Source: Octopus sinensis
Lineage: Eukaryota
Direction of reading: 5' to 3'
Assembly: GCF_006345805.1 (NCBI RefSeq)
Contig: NW_021828416.1
Span: 1-8,578 of the forward strand
DNA: 8,578 nt
The translations under genes were made by a program, and so were the position numbers. Of the stretch, positions 7,385-8,578 are shown in pieces (within the stretch, counting starts at the first letter, position 1; each line of letters begins with the position of its first letter). The notes under the pieces were generated by a model. It was given only the letters and a program-made list of their open reading frames with translations, was not told the origin of the DNA and made no database searches.

Positions 7385-7595
7385 GAAACGTTAACACGCC
7401 GAGCGTAATTCTTAGCGGTATTTCGTCTGCCGTTACGTTCTGAGTTCAAATTGCACTGAGGTCGATTTTGCCTTTCGTCCTTTCAGGGTCGATAAATCAA
7501 GTACCAGTTACGTACTGGTGTCGATGTAACCGACTTAATCCTTTTGTCCTTGTTGGTCCCCTCTATGTTTAGCCCCTTGTGGGCAATAAAGACAT
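7385..7595 (+). mobile_element. SINE family 1, trimer monomer 3 (slightly 5'-truncated)
   Basis: Starts at gaaacgttaacacgcc (equivalent to about 6998) and has the same core and tail. Confidence 0.9.
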
Positions 7596-7704
7596 AAGAA
7601 AGGGTGGTGAAGGGTGAAACAATCTTGAGCTTAACACTTTACAATCAGAATTCACCTGGTGGCAAGGAAAGGAAACAGACACGTGATCATATGCACTGAA
7701 AAGG

Positions 7705-7934
7705 GGCACGCAGGCTGTGTCCGCTTGGCAACCATGTGGCTTCTGTTTCATTACCACTGCACGGCATCTTGGGCAAGTTTCTTCTACTGTAGCCTGGGGC
7801 TAACCAATGCCTTGTCAATAAATTAGGTGGATGGAAACTGTACGGAAACCCAACATGTGTGTGCCTGTGTGCGTGCACGTGTGTGTGTGCACGTGTGTGT
7901 GTGTGTGCGTGAGTGTGTGTGCGTGAGTGTGTGC

Positions 7935-7976
<42 letters not shown>

Positions 7977-8150
7977 GTGTACGTGTATACACGTTTGTGT
8001 TTGTCGTCGTAACGCATGACAAACGATACTGATTTGTTAACTTCACGTAACTTTCCGGTTCAGCAATAGAGACGACAGTATAAGTGCCGGATTAAAACTA
8101 AAACTTTATCACTGGAGGTAATTTGTCCGATTCAAACACTTGAAAGCCTT
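7705..8150 (+). mobile_element. SINE family 2, probably near full length, with internal (GT)n expansion at 7856-7985
   Basis: The 5' part matches 6180-6323 and contains a CTTGGGCAAG block, like the conserved central domains of CORE/V-type SINEs. Assigning 7990-8150 as the 3' half relies on my recollection of the Octopus consensus. Confidence 0.65.
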
Positions 8151-8236
8151 GCCTTCAATAATAATTATTATTAGGGAACACTAAAAATACGGCCGGCGCT
8201 TATGTTTATTGTTGGCATTACGAGCCTCCCGAGATA

Positions 8237-8578
8237 CTATCTATCTATCTATCTATCTAAGCTTATACTCACAGACTCTCCCTTAAACGTAAATATGTGC
8301 ATATTTACATGTATAAATACAATTGTTGATATATATATGTATGTATGTATTTACATTTAAATATACATGAATGTATGCATATATATACATATATATATAT
8401 ATACATATATATACATATATCATATATATACATATATATATATATACCTATATATATTATATAATATATACATATATCTATTATACATATATATATATAC
8501 ATATATTATATATATACACATATATATATATATACATATATTATATATATACACATATACATTATATATATATACATA
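8237..8578. repeat. (TATC)n followed by degenerate (TA)/(CATA)n to the window end
   Basis: Direct reading. Confidence 0.9.

Noticed and set aside
6984-7600. CRISPR-like or satellite array
   Set aside because: The units are about 170-215 bp SINE monomers with B boxes and no unique spacers, in a eukaryotic context.

Overview
Eukaryotic, repeat-saturated, AT-rich non-coding DNA. The microsatellite load and the SINE sequences suggest a cephalopod, probably Octopus; this rests on my recollection of those repeats and was not checked. No intact host gene is visible: the listed ORFs are either microsatellite translations or retroelement debris. Positions 1-2076 are a (TAA)n landscape holding 3' ends of three different R4/Dong-like (restriction-like endonuclease) non-LTR retrotransposons, plus a fold-back tRNA-derived element whose minus-strand arm leads into a degenerate hammerhead-ribozyme motif. 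Positions 2077-3339 are a decayed Penelope-like reverse transcriptase, followed by a possible terminal repeat. The rest is (TA)n/(GT)n/(GATA)n/(CA)n tracts with tRNA-derived SINEs of at least two families, including a head-to-tail SINE trimer bracketed by a perfect 16-bp direct repeat.
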